A stretch of 64,000 nt of DNA. It comes from Candidatus Cloacimonadales bacterium (GTDB lineage Bacteria; Cloacimonadota; Cloacimonadia; Cloacimonadales; JAFGVF01). The position numbers and the translations under genes are program-made. Numbering within the stretch: the first letter of the stretch is position 1; the number at the start of each line of letters is the position of its first letter. The stretch lies in assembly GCA_963662585.1 (NCBI GenBank), contig OY759729.1, positions 1,632,001 through 1,696,000 of the forward strand. Direction: 5' to 3'. Below are positions 22,954 through 33,200 of this stretch, piece after piece. Under the pieces are notes generated by a model. It ran no database searches. It was not told where the DNA came from and worked only from the letters and a program-made list of their open reading frames with translations.

Positions 22954-23852
22954 GGCAAGGGACTTCGGGCGAAAGAAAGTTGAGTTGTCGGAGACCGGAG
23001 TTCCTCAACCATAGGCAAGGGACTTCGGACGAAAGAAAGTTGAGTTGTCGGAGACCGGAGTTCCTCAGCCGTAGGCAAGGGACTTCGGACGAAAGAAAGT
23101 TGAGTTGTCGGAGACCGGAGTTCCTCAGCCGTAGGCAAGGGACTTCGGACGAAAGAAAGTTGAGTTGTCCGAGACCGGAGTTCCTCAGCCGTAGGCAAGG
23201 GACTTCGGACGAAAGAAAGTTGAGTTGTCGGAGACCGGAGTTCCTCAACCATAGGCAAGGGACTTCGGACGAAAGAAAGTTGAGTTGTCGGAGACCGGAG
23301 TTCCTCAGCCATAGGCAAGGGACTTCGGACGAAAGAAAGTTGAGTCGTCGGAGACCGGAGTTCCTCAGCCGTAGGCAAGGGACTTCGGACGAAAGAAAGT
23401 TGAGTTGTCGGAGACCGGAGTTCCTCAGCCGTAGGCAAGGGACTTCGGGCGAAAGAAAGTTGAGTTGTCGGAGACCGGAGTTCCTCAACCATAGGCAAGG
23501 GACTTCGGACGAAAGAAAGTTGAGTTGTCGGAGACCGGAGTTCCTCAGCCGTAGGCAAGGGACTTCGGGCGAAAGAAAGTTGAGTTGTCGGAGACCGGAG
23601 TTCCTCAACCATAGGCAAGGGACTTCGGACGAAAGAAAGTTGAGTTGTCGGAGACCGGAGTTCCTCAGCCGTAGGCAAGGGACTTCGGGCGAAAGAAAGT
23701 TGAGTTGTCGGAGACAGGAGTTCCTCAGCCGTAGGCAAGGGACTTCGGACGAAAGAAAGTTGTCGGAAGTCGCTACTCCGTGAGCAACTCCCGTCATAAA
23801 TAGTTGGAGACCGGAGTTCCTCAGCCATAGGCAAGGGACTTCGGGCGAAAGA
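22954..23852. repeat. Tandem array of a 60 bp hairpin unit (13 full copies plus partial copies)
   Basis: Unit GGCAAGGGACTTCGG(A/G)CGAAAGAAAGTTGAGTTGTCGGAGACCGGAGTTCCTCA(G/A)CC(G/A)TA. Confidence 0.97.
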
Positions 23853-23927
23853 GAGGAATTATAAAGATTTTGAAGTTTCTTGATTCACTATCAGATTTAC
23901 TCCCCTCTGGAAAGAGGCTTAGTCAAT

Positions 23928-26900
23928 CTATTCCACTTCTTCAATATCTATTATTACTTCCAAGAATTTACCCTTAACTTCATAGCCATTAGCTTTCACA
24001 AAGGGCATTTCTTGAATGATTTCTACATACTTATTAACCTGTTCTTTATCATGTATTCCTCCTGTTTTGTAGTCTATAATTATCACTTCTTTTCTTTTAG
24101 TATTAATCATCATTCTATCGATACGATACTCTTTACCATCTTGAAAAATAGTCTTTTCATTAAATACTTTATCCCATTTAGGAGAGAAAATATCTTGATT
24201 AGACGCAATAAATTCTTGGCAAGCGCGGAAGATATTTTTGATATTATAGAGTGATAGCAAGCTTCCAAATTTACGATAAACCATATTTTCTGCCATTGCA
24301 GTTTCTTTGCCATATTTAATATAAGTCAGGAATTCATGAGCAGCGTTACCAAAGAGTTGATGTCTATCTTCAAGATACACTTTCTTCATATTCTCTATAG
24401 GCTTATTCTCTTCCAATTTTGGTTGTGAATAGTCTGTTAAGTACTTTTTCAAGTAGTTCTCTTGGGGAGATTTTGCCACTTGCTCAATATTTGCCTGGCT
24501 ATTCGCCAACTTAAGGTTGGCTTTAAAGTAGTGATAATATACCAACCCGTCTCTACTTAGATTATCTTCATCTTTTTCAATAAAGAACTCTTTATAGGCT
24601 GTAACAAGTTGACCAATAACTCCTGCTTCCTTTTTAAGAGAGGCAATGTAATCTGTAAAATCGCTTTTGCTTTTATAGCTGAAAAAGAGTCCTAGCTTTT
24701 GCTCAGCTCTAGTGAGGGCAACATAGAAGACATCAATAGCTTCAATTATTCCCCTTTCATCATATTCATTAATTAGGTCATCAGAAGCTGAATTTCTAAG
24801 TACTTTCTCATCATCAGAAGAGGAGTAGATAACAAAGTCGGTAAGCCCTAGATATGTTTGTTTATCAAAAGAATAAGTGAGCTTGAATTCTTTACCTTTA
24901 TTAGGTGGTGTCCAGTTTGCTAATTCCCAATAAAGAAAGACATTTTTAAAGCCTAAGCCTTTAGAAGCATGAACTGTCAAGATAGTGATACTATTTTCTA
25001 ATTGAAGTCCTTCTTGAAGGATTTCACTATTAGTTTCAAGTTGTTTCTGGCAATACTCCATGAATCCATAGAGGTCAAAGCTACTTGTATTAAGGTTAGT
25101 TAACTCAAAATTAATTATTAATTCTAAGAAGGTGTAGATATTTTTCCAATCTATTTCATTTTGACATATCTTGCTAAATTCATAATTATTAATAACTTCC
25201 CTAATAAATTGAGCATGGGAAAGATATTCTTTATTAACCAAAGTAAGCAGTTTTTCAACTTCAGGAAATTTCTTTAATTGAGCAAATTCATTCTCTTTAT
25301 CAATTTCATAAGCTTGGCTGTGATATAGCTTGAGAATCTCGGTAAGGTCTTGGGAGTTTAAAAGCACAAGGTCAGAGCGTAAAAAATGAAGTAGAGAAAA
25401 CCTATCTTTAAGTAATCTGAATTTAAGAACAGCCAATAATATTTCCACAGTTTTATGTTCTAAGAGCTTGCCTGAAGACTCAATATTGTTAGGAATGTTG
25501 AGTTTGTTCAACTCATTTGCAACTTTACCTGCATGGATTTTAGTTCTTACCAAAATTGCAGTTTGCCCCCACTCTATCTTACCTTCGCTATGAAGAGACT
25601 TTATTTGCTTAGCAAATTCTTCAAAGCTGTTAAGTTTCTCATCTTCGTTAGAGTCATCTGTGCTATCAGCATCAGCTTGCTTTTTTTTATTTAGCTCTTT
25701 ATTAAATTCCCAATAAAAAAGCTCTCCCCCTTCATCCTTTTCATCAAGATAGCAGTTATCATCAGCAGACCAGTTTTTGGCAGTAACTGGACTGTAATAC
25801 CATTCTCGTTTACTTTCTTTTGATGACTGCTGAAAATTTTCATCAGTGAATATCCGATTAACTATATCAATTACTGGACGAGTAGATCTAAAACACTGAC
25901 TAAGGTCTTCTGCTGAAACTTTTAATTTCTCAGGCATAATTTCCATTATTCCCCGCTCTCCCCCTCGCCAACCGTAGATTGATTGCTTAGGGTCTCCCAC
26001 AATGATAACACCAGTATAATCTTTGATAGAATTACCACTTGTTAATTCATTTATGATAGGGATTAAGATATTAAATTGATTAAAAGAAGTATCTTGAAAT
26101 TCATCAATAAGCAAGAATCTGAAGCGACTAATCAATTGTTCATAGAAGAGGTTAGTGACCTCACCAATCCTTCTGTCTATTAAAGACAAAGACTCTTCAT
26201 AGAGGTATTTATAAGTATAAAAAGTTACATCATTATAAGTGAATTTTCCAAGATTAAACTTTAAACTGTCATAATATTCACACAGTGTTTTCCAAGCTGA
26301 AACTACTTCCTGTTGTTGAGGAATAATTTCTGAGATTAGATAGAAATCAGCCAAAGGGACCATTGTCTTGGCGAATTCTTCTTCAAACTGGGCAGTAATA
26401 ATTTGTAAATCTTTCTTCCTACTTTTAGCAAAAGGAAAGGCTCTATCAAAGAATTTTTTAATATTTTTAATAATATGATTAGGATCAGCAAGAAGATGTT
26501 CAAAAACTTCAGTTAAGTTTAATTCTTCCATCTCATCAAGATCAATCATATCCTTATATTCCTTCATAAGATGCTTAGGCCAGGCTTTATTTTGAGTCTC
26601 AAAAACTAAAGTATTATACTCTTCTACCAAAGCTAGATACCCGTCCTTGAATATTTTCCAGTTCTTTGCTTTAAACTGCTCAATCATATTTGAATCTAAA
26701 TTCATAGAGGAACTAAAGACTCCTGTCATGCTCCCATTATCATAATAATCAAGAACCCATCTATTATCAATTAAGGATTTTATAAATCCTTGAATCTCCT
26801 CAACTGTTCTGAGATTTAATCTTTTGAGAAGAGGCTCAAATATTTTAAAGACTTGGTCAGAGAAAATGAAGTCTAATAGCATTGGCAGTATTTCGTCGTT

Positions 26901-27332
26901 AGAGTTATTATCAATATTAAAGTCTTTTATTCTGAGATAGGGAACAATCATACTCTTGAAAATATTAGTTGTAAAAGAATCTATGGTAGATACTTGAAGC
27001 AGGTCTTTTCTTTGGAGAATCTCATTTAAAAGTTTAGTTTTAATGTATTCGCGGTCCCTACTTTGCCATTTATAACCACTTATTTTCTCCAAGTTACTTA
27101 TAATTACAGCTGATTCCGAACCATCTGAAGCTAATTCTTGCAAAAAATCTAGTATTTTCTCTCTGATTTCAGCAGTTGCTTTGCGAGTAAAAGTCATTAC
27201 CACTATTTGACTAAAATCAAATTCTTGATCATCCTTATATTTAAGCAATAAAGAAATAAATTCTAATGATAAACGATAAGTTTTTCCTGTTCCTGCAGAG
27301 GCCATGATTACTTTTTTTTCAGTATGTTCCAT
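23928..27332 (-). CDS. addA: AddA-like UvrD helicase/nuclease
   Basis: ASAGTGKT, LIDEFQDT, VGDPKQSIYGWRGG, TVHASKGL, YVALTRA; C-terminal RIDR...IIDYKTG. Confidence 0.88.
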   Translation of the reverse strand: MEHTEKKVIMASAGTGKTYRLSLEFISLLLKYKDDQEFDFSQIVVMTFTRKATAEIREKILDFLQELASDGSESAVIISNLEKISGYKWQSRDREYIKTKLLNEILQRKDLLQVSTIDSFTTNIFKSMIVPYLRIKDFNIDNNSNDEILPMLLDFIFSDQVFKIFEPLLKRLNLRTVEEIQGFIKSLIDNRWVLDYYDNGSMTGVFSSSMNLDSNMIEQFKAKNWKIFKDGYLALVEEYNTLVFETQNKAWPKHLMKEYKDMIDLDEMEELNLTEVFEHLLADPNHIIKNIKKFFDRAFPFAKSRKKDLQIITAQFEEEFAKTMVPLADFYLISEIIPQQQEVVSAWKTLCEYYDSLKFNLGKFTYNDVTFYTYKYLYEESLSLIDRRIGEVTNLFYEQLISRFRFLLIDEFQDTSFNQFNILIPIINELTSGNSIKDYTGVIIVGDPKQSIYGWRGGERGIMEIMPEKLKVSAEDLSQCFRSTRPVIDIVNRIFTDENFQQSSKESKREWYYSPVTAKNWSADDNCYLDEKDEGGELFYWEFNKELNKKKQADADSTDDSNEDEKLNSFEEFAKQIKSLHSEGKIEWGQTAILVRTKIHAGKVANELNKLNIPNNIESSGKLLEHKTVEILLAVLKFRLLKDRFSLLHFLRSDLVLLNSQDLTEILKLYHSQAYEIDKENEFAQLKKFPEVEKLLTLVNKEYLSHAQFIREVINNYEFSKICQNEIDWKNIYTFLELIINFELTNLNTSSFDLYGFMEYCQKQLETNSEILQEGLQLENSITILTVHASKGLGFKNVFLYWELANWTPPNKGKEFKLTYSFDKQTYLGLTDFVIYSSSDDEKVLRNSASDDLINEYDERGIIEAIDVFYVALTRAEQKLGLFFSYKSKSDFTDYIASLKKEAGVIGQLVTAYKEFFIEKDEDNLSRDGLVYYHYFKANLKLANSQANIEQVAKSPQENYLKKYLTDYSQPKLEENKPIENMKKVYLEDRHQLFGNAAHEFLTYIKYGKETAMAENMVYRKFGSLLSLYNIKNIFRACQEFIASNQDIFSPKWDKVFNEKTIFQDGKEYRIDRMMINTKRKEVIIIDYKTGGIHDKEQVNKYVEIIQEMPFVKANGYEVKGKFLEVIIDIEEVE

Positions 27333-27334
27333 TA

Positions 27335-30118
27335 TTACCTTCCTATTACCAAATCGCTACGGGTGATTTTATCATATTTTTTAGCATTGTTAAGATTTGT
27401 GGGCAGACTAAATCCCGATATAACAATTTCATTCAAAACTTCTATAATCTTATTTTTAAGGTTCTCTATAGTAACCTCTGCCCCCTTTTTCTGAGGTTCC
27501 CATATCTGTTTTAATATATGAAATATTCCTGCTTTCACCTTATTGCTAGCTTCTATGTCATCCCAATAGTAGATATATTCATAAAGAGTTAACTGTTTTT
27601 GATAAGATGATAATATTTGTGGAGACAAACTACCTGTTTTAAAATCTATCACTATTTTACTAGCATCTTCCTGATTTTCCACTCTTAAATCAGCATCCCC
27701 TGTTACAGCAATGCCTAAATTGTAGTCATTTTCACTTTCTGTGATAAAGCTTTTATATTTCTGTTTTTTGCCTAGACTAAAGCCCTCTTCTGGAATCAGC
27801 CTCAACTTCTTTTCAGTTAGATCTAGTTTATAATGCATTACAGTATTGAAAAAGTATCTCATTCCTTCTACTAAGGCATCTTTAAGAATAATATTCACAA
27901 AAGTATAGGTATAGTTATGGGGAATATAATAGTCTTTATCCTTATATTGTCTAAGTAGTGAATCATAAATCTCTGATAGCCTCTCAACACTCATGTATTG
28001 AAACTTATGAAAAATTTCTTGATTAAGAAAATTATCCTTGATTCGAGCAATTACATGATTAACGAAATCTTGAGCAAATATCCCCACAAATCTATAGTCT
28101 AAAGTTGCCTCGGTAAAGATTGACCTTTCTGATACTCTAGCCCAGTCATGAATAGCGAAATAGAGAGGATTATCAATTAGAGATTTAAGCTTAGTATAAG
28201 ATAATTTTAACTGATTATCTTTTGGGGCAAGCTCTTCAGCTTTTAGCTTTACGCTCCAAAAATCATCAGCTACTTTAGGCAGACTACTACTACTAAAATT
28301 ATTAAATAACTCTCCATAACCTCTATCGTCTTCTATCATCTTTCTTGAGGGCTTCACAAGTGGCAACTCTTCCAAGAAAGAAGAAAGAGAGGTATCTTCA
28401 TCAATATTTTCCCTACCCAGAAAATAGCAACGCTCAGCAGAAAGAACTAAGCGCTGGAAATAGTATTTTTCTCTAAGACGAATCTCCTCATAACTCTTAA
28501 GGGTAAGAATTTCCCTTTGCTTTTCATTAAAGAGGAACTGGCTAGTCCGACTTGTAGGTAAAACACCTTCGACCATATTAAGGAAAATTAAAGAATCAAA
28601 GTTGTTGTTTCTAGTATTCAACAGAGAACTTATTCTAACTCTTTTGGAAGCATCTAATTCAATGTATTTTAATTTCTTTGCTTTTAAACCATCGCAGAAT
28701 AGCTTAAATATTATTATATGTTCAGCTTTATCAGATAAATCACTCCACTTATTAATTAGATTATTATAAGTAAAAGACTTAAGATTGGCTAATTCTGTAT
28801 AAACAAGTTCTTTTATGTTGCTATATTGCAATTCATCAAGGGAACAGATTCGATCTAAGACAATTCCCTCTTCGCTGTCAAAAAGTGCTATTAATCCCTC
28901 AACAGACTTTATTCGCTTTATATTGTTTATAAAAGTTAAGATTCTTTTTATAGCTATTTTTAGAGCTTCAGAAATAGATTCCTTACCTATCTCAGCATTT
29001 GAATCACAATATAAAACCCCCTTTTCTCTAATATTATAGACTTCTTCTAGTAAATTGGAGCTATGTTCAATTTGAAAATATCTAGTGAAGTCCTGGTTCA
29101 AGAATGCTCTGATAAGAACATGAATTGGGAGATAATATCTATTATTAAAATATTCCATGGCTTGAATTAATTGCTGGGTAATCTCTAAGAACTGGTAGAG
29201 TCCAGTATTCACTATTGCTTTAGCATATTTAATGTCGAAAGTGTTTCGAGAAAGTAGTTTGGCATAAGGAGTTTCATAGAAGTCTCTATCTATTATCTGA
29301 CTAATATTATCTTCTGTAATTATCCTGCATAAAGAGTTCATCATCGTGAATTTATTTCTATCTATTATTAAATTTAACTTAGGTTTCTGAGTAGCCAATA
29401 ACTCTAAGTCAGAATAATTAAATGGCTGAGCATTGAAAGTCTCTTTATCGACAAACTCTTCTGGAAGTTGATATACTAAAGTTACCTCTATTCCTGCTTC
29501 TTCCATCTGTCTAAGGATTTCTCTCTCTATATTTGAATAATAAAATTGGTTAACGACAAAAACACTAGTATAATTGCTAAAATAACTTATATCAATATTT
29601 TTAACATTTATATTAAAAATTCTGTCATTAGAATTATTCTCTTCAATCCAGCCTTGATACTTTAAAATTAACTGATGAATTCTTTCATAATACTCAATCT
29701 GCCAAGGAAAAAGGGTAGAGTTTTCCTCTTCAAGACGCTGGAAAACGCTAGAAAAATCTATTAATTCTTCAGCCAACTCTTCAAATAACTTGAAAATCTT
29801 ATTAGCTAACTTAATGAAATCAAAAAAGTCATTAACCTTAAAGAAGATCTTATCCTCGTCAGTTAATAGTCGATATAAAGCAATGACCCTTTTATCATCT
29901 TCCCAAAACATCTTATCTGAACCTAAAAGCATCTCCTTAAAATCTTCAATAGCTAGATAAGAAATATCCTCAAATTTCCAACTATACTGACCATGTGCTT
30001 GGGCAAGGTTGGCATTGTTTTGAGTGGGATAGATTATTAAAGAAGCCTCTTTATTCTCTATAAAATTATCTACCTGTAAAAGATTACATGAGAAATCAAC
30101 AAACTTAAATTTTGGCAT
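27335..30118 (-). CDS. addB: AddB-like inactive helicase with PD-(D/E)XK nuclease
   Basis: NMVEGVLP, EKYYFQRL, GDADL...VIDFKTG...QLTLY; translationally adjacent to addA. Confidence 0.8.
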   Translation of the reverse strand: MPKFKFVDFSCNLLQVDNFIENKEASLIIYPTQNNANLAQAHGQYSWKFEDISYLAIEDFKEMLLGSDKMFWEDDKRVIALYRLLTDEDKIFFKVNDFFDFIKLANKIFKLFEELAEELIDFSSVFQRLEEENSTLFPWQIEYYERIHQLILKYQGWIEENNSNDRIFNINVKNIDISYFSNYTSVFVVNQFYYSNIEREILRQMEEAGIEVTLVYQLPEEFVDKETFNAQPFNYSDLELLATQKPKLNLIIDRNKFTMMNSLCRIITEDNISQIIDRDFYETPYAKLLSRNTFDIKYAKAIVNTGLYQFLEITQQLIQAMEYFNNRYYLPIHVLIRAFLNQDFTRYFQIEHSSNLLEEVYNIREKGVLYCDSNAEIGKESISEALKIAIKRILTFINNIKRIKSVEGLIALFDSEEGIVLDRICSLDELQYSNIKELVYTELANLKSFTYNNLINKWSDLSDKAEHIIIFKLFCDGLKAKKLKYIELDASKRVRISSLLNTRNNNFDSLIFLNMVEGVLPTSRTSQFLFNEKQREILTLKSYEEIRLREKYYFQRLVLSAERCYFLGRENIDEDTSLSSFLEELPLVKPSRKMIEDDRGYGELFNNFSSSSLPKVADDFWSVKLKAEELAPKDNQLKLSYTKLKSLIDNPLYFAIHDWARVSERSIFTEATLDYRFVGIFAQDFVNHVIARIKDNFLNQEIFHKFQYMSVERLSEIYDSLLRQYKDKDYYIPHNYTYTFVNIILKDALVEGMRYFFNTVMHYKLDLTEKKLRLIPEEGFSLGKKQKYKSFITESENDYNLGIAVTGDADLRVENQEDASKIVIDFKTGSLSPQILSSYQKQLTLYEYIYYWDDIEASNKVKAGIFHILKQIWEPQKKGAEVTIENLKNKIIEVLNEIVISGFSLPTNLNNAKKYDKITRSDLVIGR

Positions 30119-30279
30119 AACTTCCTCCTATCCTTTTATTATCTACTTTCATTTTTTTGGCAAGAACAATTTTATTATAAGTCTTTTTGGGAAAAAGTAA
30201 CTTAATTTTTAAGAAATGATAAATTATGGAGGGATGCCTTATGGATTCTTCTTGCTTTTCTTATGGACTTTCCCTGCTC

Positions 30280-30388
30280 CTCCTTACTTATCTAAATTAT
30301 TATCTGAGTTTTATTCAAGTTGATAGTTAATGATGGGCAGAAGACTAAGGGGAAACTAGTTAAGATCAAAGGGATTATAAATCTATGC
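30280..30388 (+). repeat. Family A repeat, left border of the island
   Basis: Near-identical direct repeat of 40261-40368 (TTGATAGTTAAT.ATGGGC.GAAGACTAAGGG). Confidence 0.85.
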
Positions 30389-30892
30389 TATTTAATGCTT
30401 TGGATATAGGAAATTAAAAACTTAAAGAATTACCATGTAATCTACTTTATGCAGATCAATGCATACAAATATTCCTAAGTTTAGGAGTAAAATCATTAAT
30501 GGACTAAGCTCTACTTACCATTTTCTGCTTTATCCAATTATGTTAAGTAAGCAAAATCTCCATTCGTAATTATAATTTATAACATTCATTCTTACGAGTC
30601 TGATTAAAGAAGATATCATTTGATTTAATATCAATACAATATGATAATTTGCTTTGAATCTACTCAACAAATAGTTAAAAATTTATAGTATTTTTCATTA
30701 ATACACTACAGTATGATATCATCTTTAGGTATGATACTATTTCAATAATTAATTTTTTTACCCTCTCTAAACCCCTATTATAAAGGCATTCTAAGATACT
30801 TTCACTTTAACCCTAAATAATATTCCTTGACAAGAAAGTCTATCTTATTTATTTGTCATATATCAATATGATAATTTATTAAAGGAGATAAT

Positions 30893-31231
30893 ATGAAAGC
30901 TGCTGTAATTGGAAGTAGAAGTTTTGAAGATTGCAAAAGAGTAGCAAAGGTGTTAGATGAAATAGTAGAAATAACCCATATTATCTCTGGTGGAGCTAAA
31001 GGTGCTGATGCTTGTGCAGAGAATTATGCAAGGAAGAGAGGTTTACCTATTACGATATTTTTCCCAAATTGGGCAAAATACGGTAGAGGCAGTGGAATAA
31101 TTAGAAACAAGGAGATAATTAGAAACTGTGATATTTGTATAGCCTTTTGGGATGGTAAATCAAGGGGAACTGCTTCTTCCTTGCAAATTGCTAATGAGTT
31201 AGGTAAAGAGATTAAAGTTATAAAGATTTAG
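30893..31231 (+). CDS. SLOG family (DUF2493/YspA-like) protein
   Basis: VIGSRSF, IISGGAKGAD, RNKEII, AFWDGKSRGT. Confidence 0.88.
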   Translation: MKAAVIGSRSFEDCKRVAKVLDEIVEITHIISGGAKGADACAENYARKRGLPITIFFPNWAKYGRGSGIIRNKEIIRNCDICIAFWDGKSRGTASSLQIANELGKEIKVIKI

Positions 31232-31276
31232 ATTAACATTTTAAGATAAGTGGTTTGAAAAGCTTAAGGAGTTATT

Positions 31277-32008
31277 ATGCAAGACTTATTAAATTTTTAC
31301 AGAGCTAAGAAGCATGGTGATGTTTTGAGATTAATTGAAGATGGTAATGAGATTAACAAGAAGTATGAAACAATTGAAGGGGAACTTTTTAAGCTTTACA
31401 TACCTAAGACCTTAGACTTATTAACTGATAAACTACCTTTAATAACTGCCCATAGTGATACTGTATTTTTAGCTCAACCTTTTGATTTTAAAATTGAAAA
31501 GAGTGAATTTGGTACAAAGATAAGTTCAGCTGACCAAATGGTTGGTATTGGTGGTGATTGCCGTAATGGCTGTTATTTAATTTCCCAGATCATGAGATCT
31601 GCTGCTTGGGATAAGTTTATATTTGCAATTTTTGATTTAGAAGAAATTGGTGGTGTAGGTGCCCGTAATATGCCTTACCAAAGCATTGTTAGTAATAATG
31701 TATCCTACTTGATAGGCTTAGATTGTTATGCCAGGGATTATATAGCTGTTTATAATAATACTGAGACAAGTTTAATTGATAGCATTATTAGAAATTTTGC
31801 TGATAAAGAAGTTACTAGAGGTTATTTTACTGATGTAGTTGTACTAGCAGATAAATATAATAAATCACCTATTGTCCTATCAATAGGATATTATTACCAG
31901 CACACCCCAAATGAGTATGTTATTTATGAAGATTTAGAAGAATGTTATAAGACAATTATTAGGTTTGTTAATTTAGATATAAATGAAATTAGCGAAAATG
32001 TAGTATAA
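31277..32008 (+). CDS. Zn-peptidase (M20/M28/M42-like fold) protein
   Basis: TAHSDTV, GGDCRNG, LEEIGGVGA, IGLD, HTPNE. Confidence 0.8.
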   Translation: MQDLLNFYRAKKHGDVLRLIEDGNEINKKYETIEGELFKLYIPKTLDLLTDKLPLITAHSDTVFLAQPFDFKIEKSEFGTKISSADQMVGIGGDCRNGCYLISQIMRSAAWDKFIFAIFDLEEIGGVGARNMPYQSIVSNNVSYLIGLDCYARDYIAVYNNTETSLIDSIIRNFADKEVTRGYFTDVVVLADKYNKSPIVLSIGYYYQHTPNEYVIYEDLEECYKTIIRFVNLDINEISENVV

Positions 32009-32030
32009 GCGATAAACAAGGAGTATTTAT

Positions 32031-33200
32031 ATGAATTTTACTAAAAGTGTTGAAGACATTAAAGAAGTTAAAGAAATAGTTACTTATTATCCTAGTGGAA
32101 AGATTAAAATGACCTATAATCGTAAGAATAACTTATTACATGGTGAGCATCTTTGTTATGATGAAAAGGGAAAAATTATCTTAAAAGCTCACTATGAGTC
32201 AGGTTCTTTAGATGGACTTTTAGAAGAGTATAATTCTCAAGGAAAACTTAAAAGACAGGCTAATTATAGTAATAATAACAAAAATGGTAATTATGTAGAA
32301 TATTTTGAGAATGGCTTCAAGAAACTAAATTGCAAGTATTCAAACGCTAAATTAAATGGAAACTACCAAGAATTTTACCCTAATAGTAAGCTTAAAATTC
32401 ATGCAAATTATGCTAATGATATGAAAAATGGAAGTTATACAAGTTACTATGAGGATGGCCAAGTTAAGCTAAGGACAGCTTATATTAATGATATAGAAAA
32501 TGGTTTGCATGAATACTTCTATCCTAATGGTCAGCTTAAAGATCTTTCAGATATGAGAGAAGGCTTACTTGCAGGCCAACATAAAAGATACCAAGAGAAT
32601 GGATTAGCAATAGTAGAAGAAAATTATAAGCTTGTGGAAAGAACAGAAGTGCTTCCACATTATAATAATAGTGGTAACATGGGAAGGACAAGAAAATACA
32701 AGGTTTCCGTAAAAGATGGGTCTTACATTGAATATTATGAAAATGGAAGAGAAAAGCTAGTTGGGGCATACCACGGAGATAAGCAAGTAGGTCTTTGGCT
32801 TTGGTATTATTCAGATGGCATACTTTGGAAAAGACTAAGTTATGTTGATAATGAAAAACATGGCAAGGAAGAGATTTTCTATCCTGCTGGTAATAAGCAT
32901 CTTGTGACCTTCTATCACTTTGGCAAGAAGCAAGGTGAATGTTTAGAGTATTTTGGCAATGGAAATTTAAAAAGTAAGAAAAACTACCAACATGGTTTAC
33001 TCAATGGAGATTATATTAAGTATCACATAGATGGTAAAATAAGGCTAAAAGCAAGCTATAAGAATAACTTAAAGGAAGGCTTTCTTACTAGCTATGATAC
33101 TGATGGGAAACTTAGTGATAAATCTTTCTATAGAGCAGGAGACTTAGTTAATAATCCAGAAAAAACACTAGATAAGAAAGGAGATTCAAATGATAAATAG
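32031..33200 (+). CDS. MORN-variant repeat (YwqK-like) protein
   Basis: Many (Y/F)YxNGxLK...Y.N...(N/H)G repeats; no signal peptide. Confidence 0.88.
   Translation: MNFTKSVEDIKEVKEIVTYYPSGKIKMTYNRKNNLLHGEHLCYDEKGKIILKAHYESGSLDGLLEEYNSQGKLKRQANYSNNNKNGNYVEYFENGFKKLNCKYSNAKLNGNYQEFYPNSKLKIHANYANDMKNGSYTSYYEDGQVKLRTAYINDIENGLHEYFYPNGQLKDLSDMREGLLAGQHKRYQENGLAIVEENYKLVERTEVLPHYNNSGNMGRTRKYKVSVKDGSYIEYYENGREKLVGAYHGDKQVGLWLWYYSDGILWKRLSYVDNEKHGKEEIFYPAGNKHLVTFYHFGKKQGECLEYFGNGNLKSKKNYQHGLLNGDYIKYHIDGKIRLKASYKNNLKEGFLTSYDTDGKLSDKSFYRAGDLVNNPEKTLDKKGDSNDK

Noticed and set aside
22892..23834. Three ~300 aa ORFs over the 60 bp array
   Set aside because: They are open only because the unit is a multiple of 3 and lacks stops in those frames; no convincing RBS, and they overlap one another
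22954..23852. CRISPR array
   Set aside because: No unique spacers and no cas genes; the adjacent nuclease domains belong to AddAB
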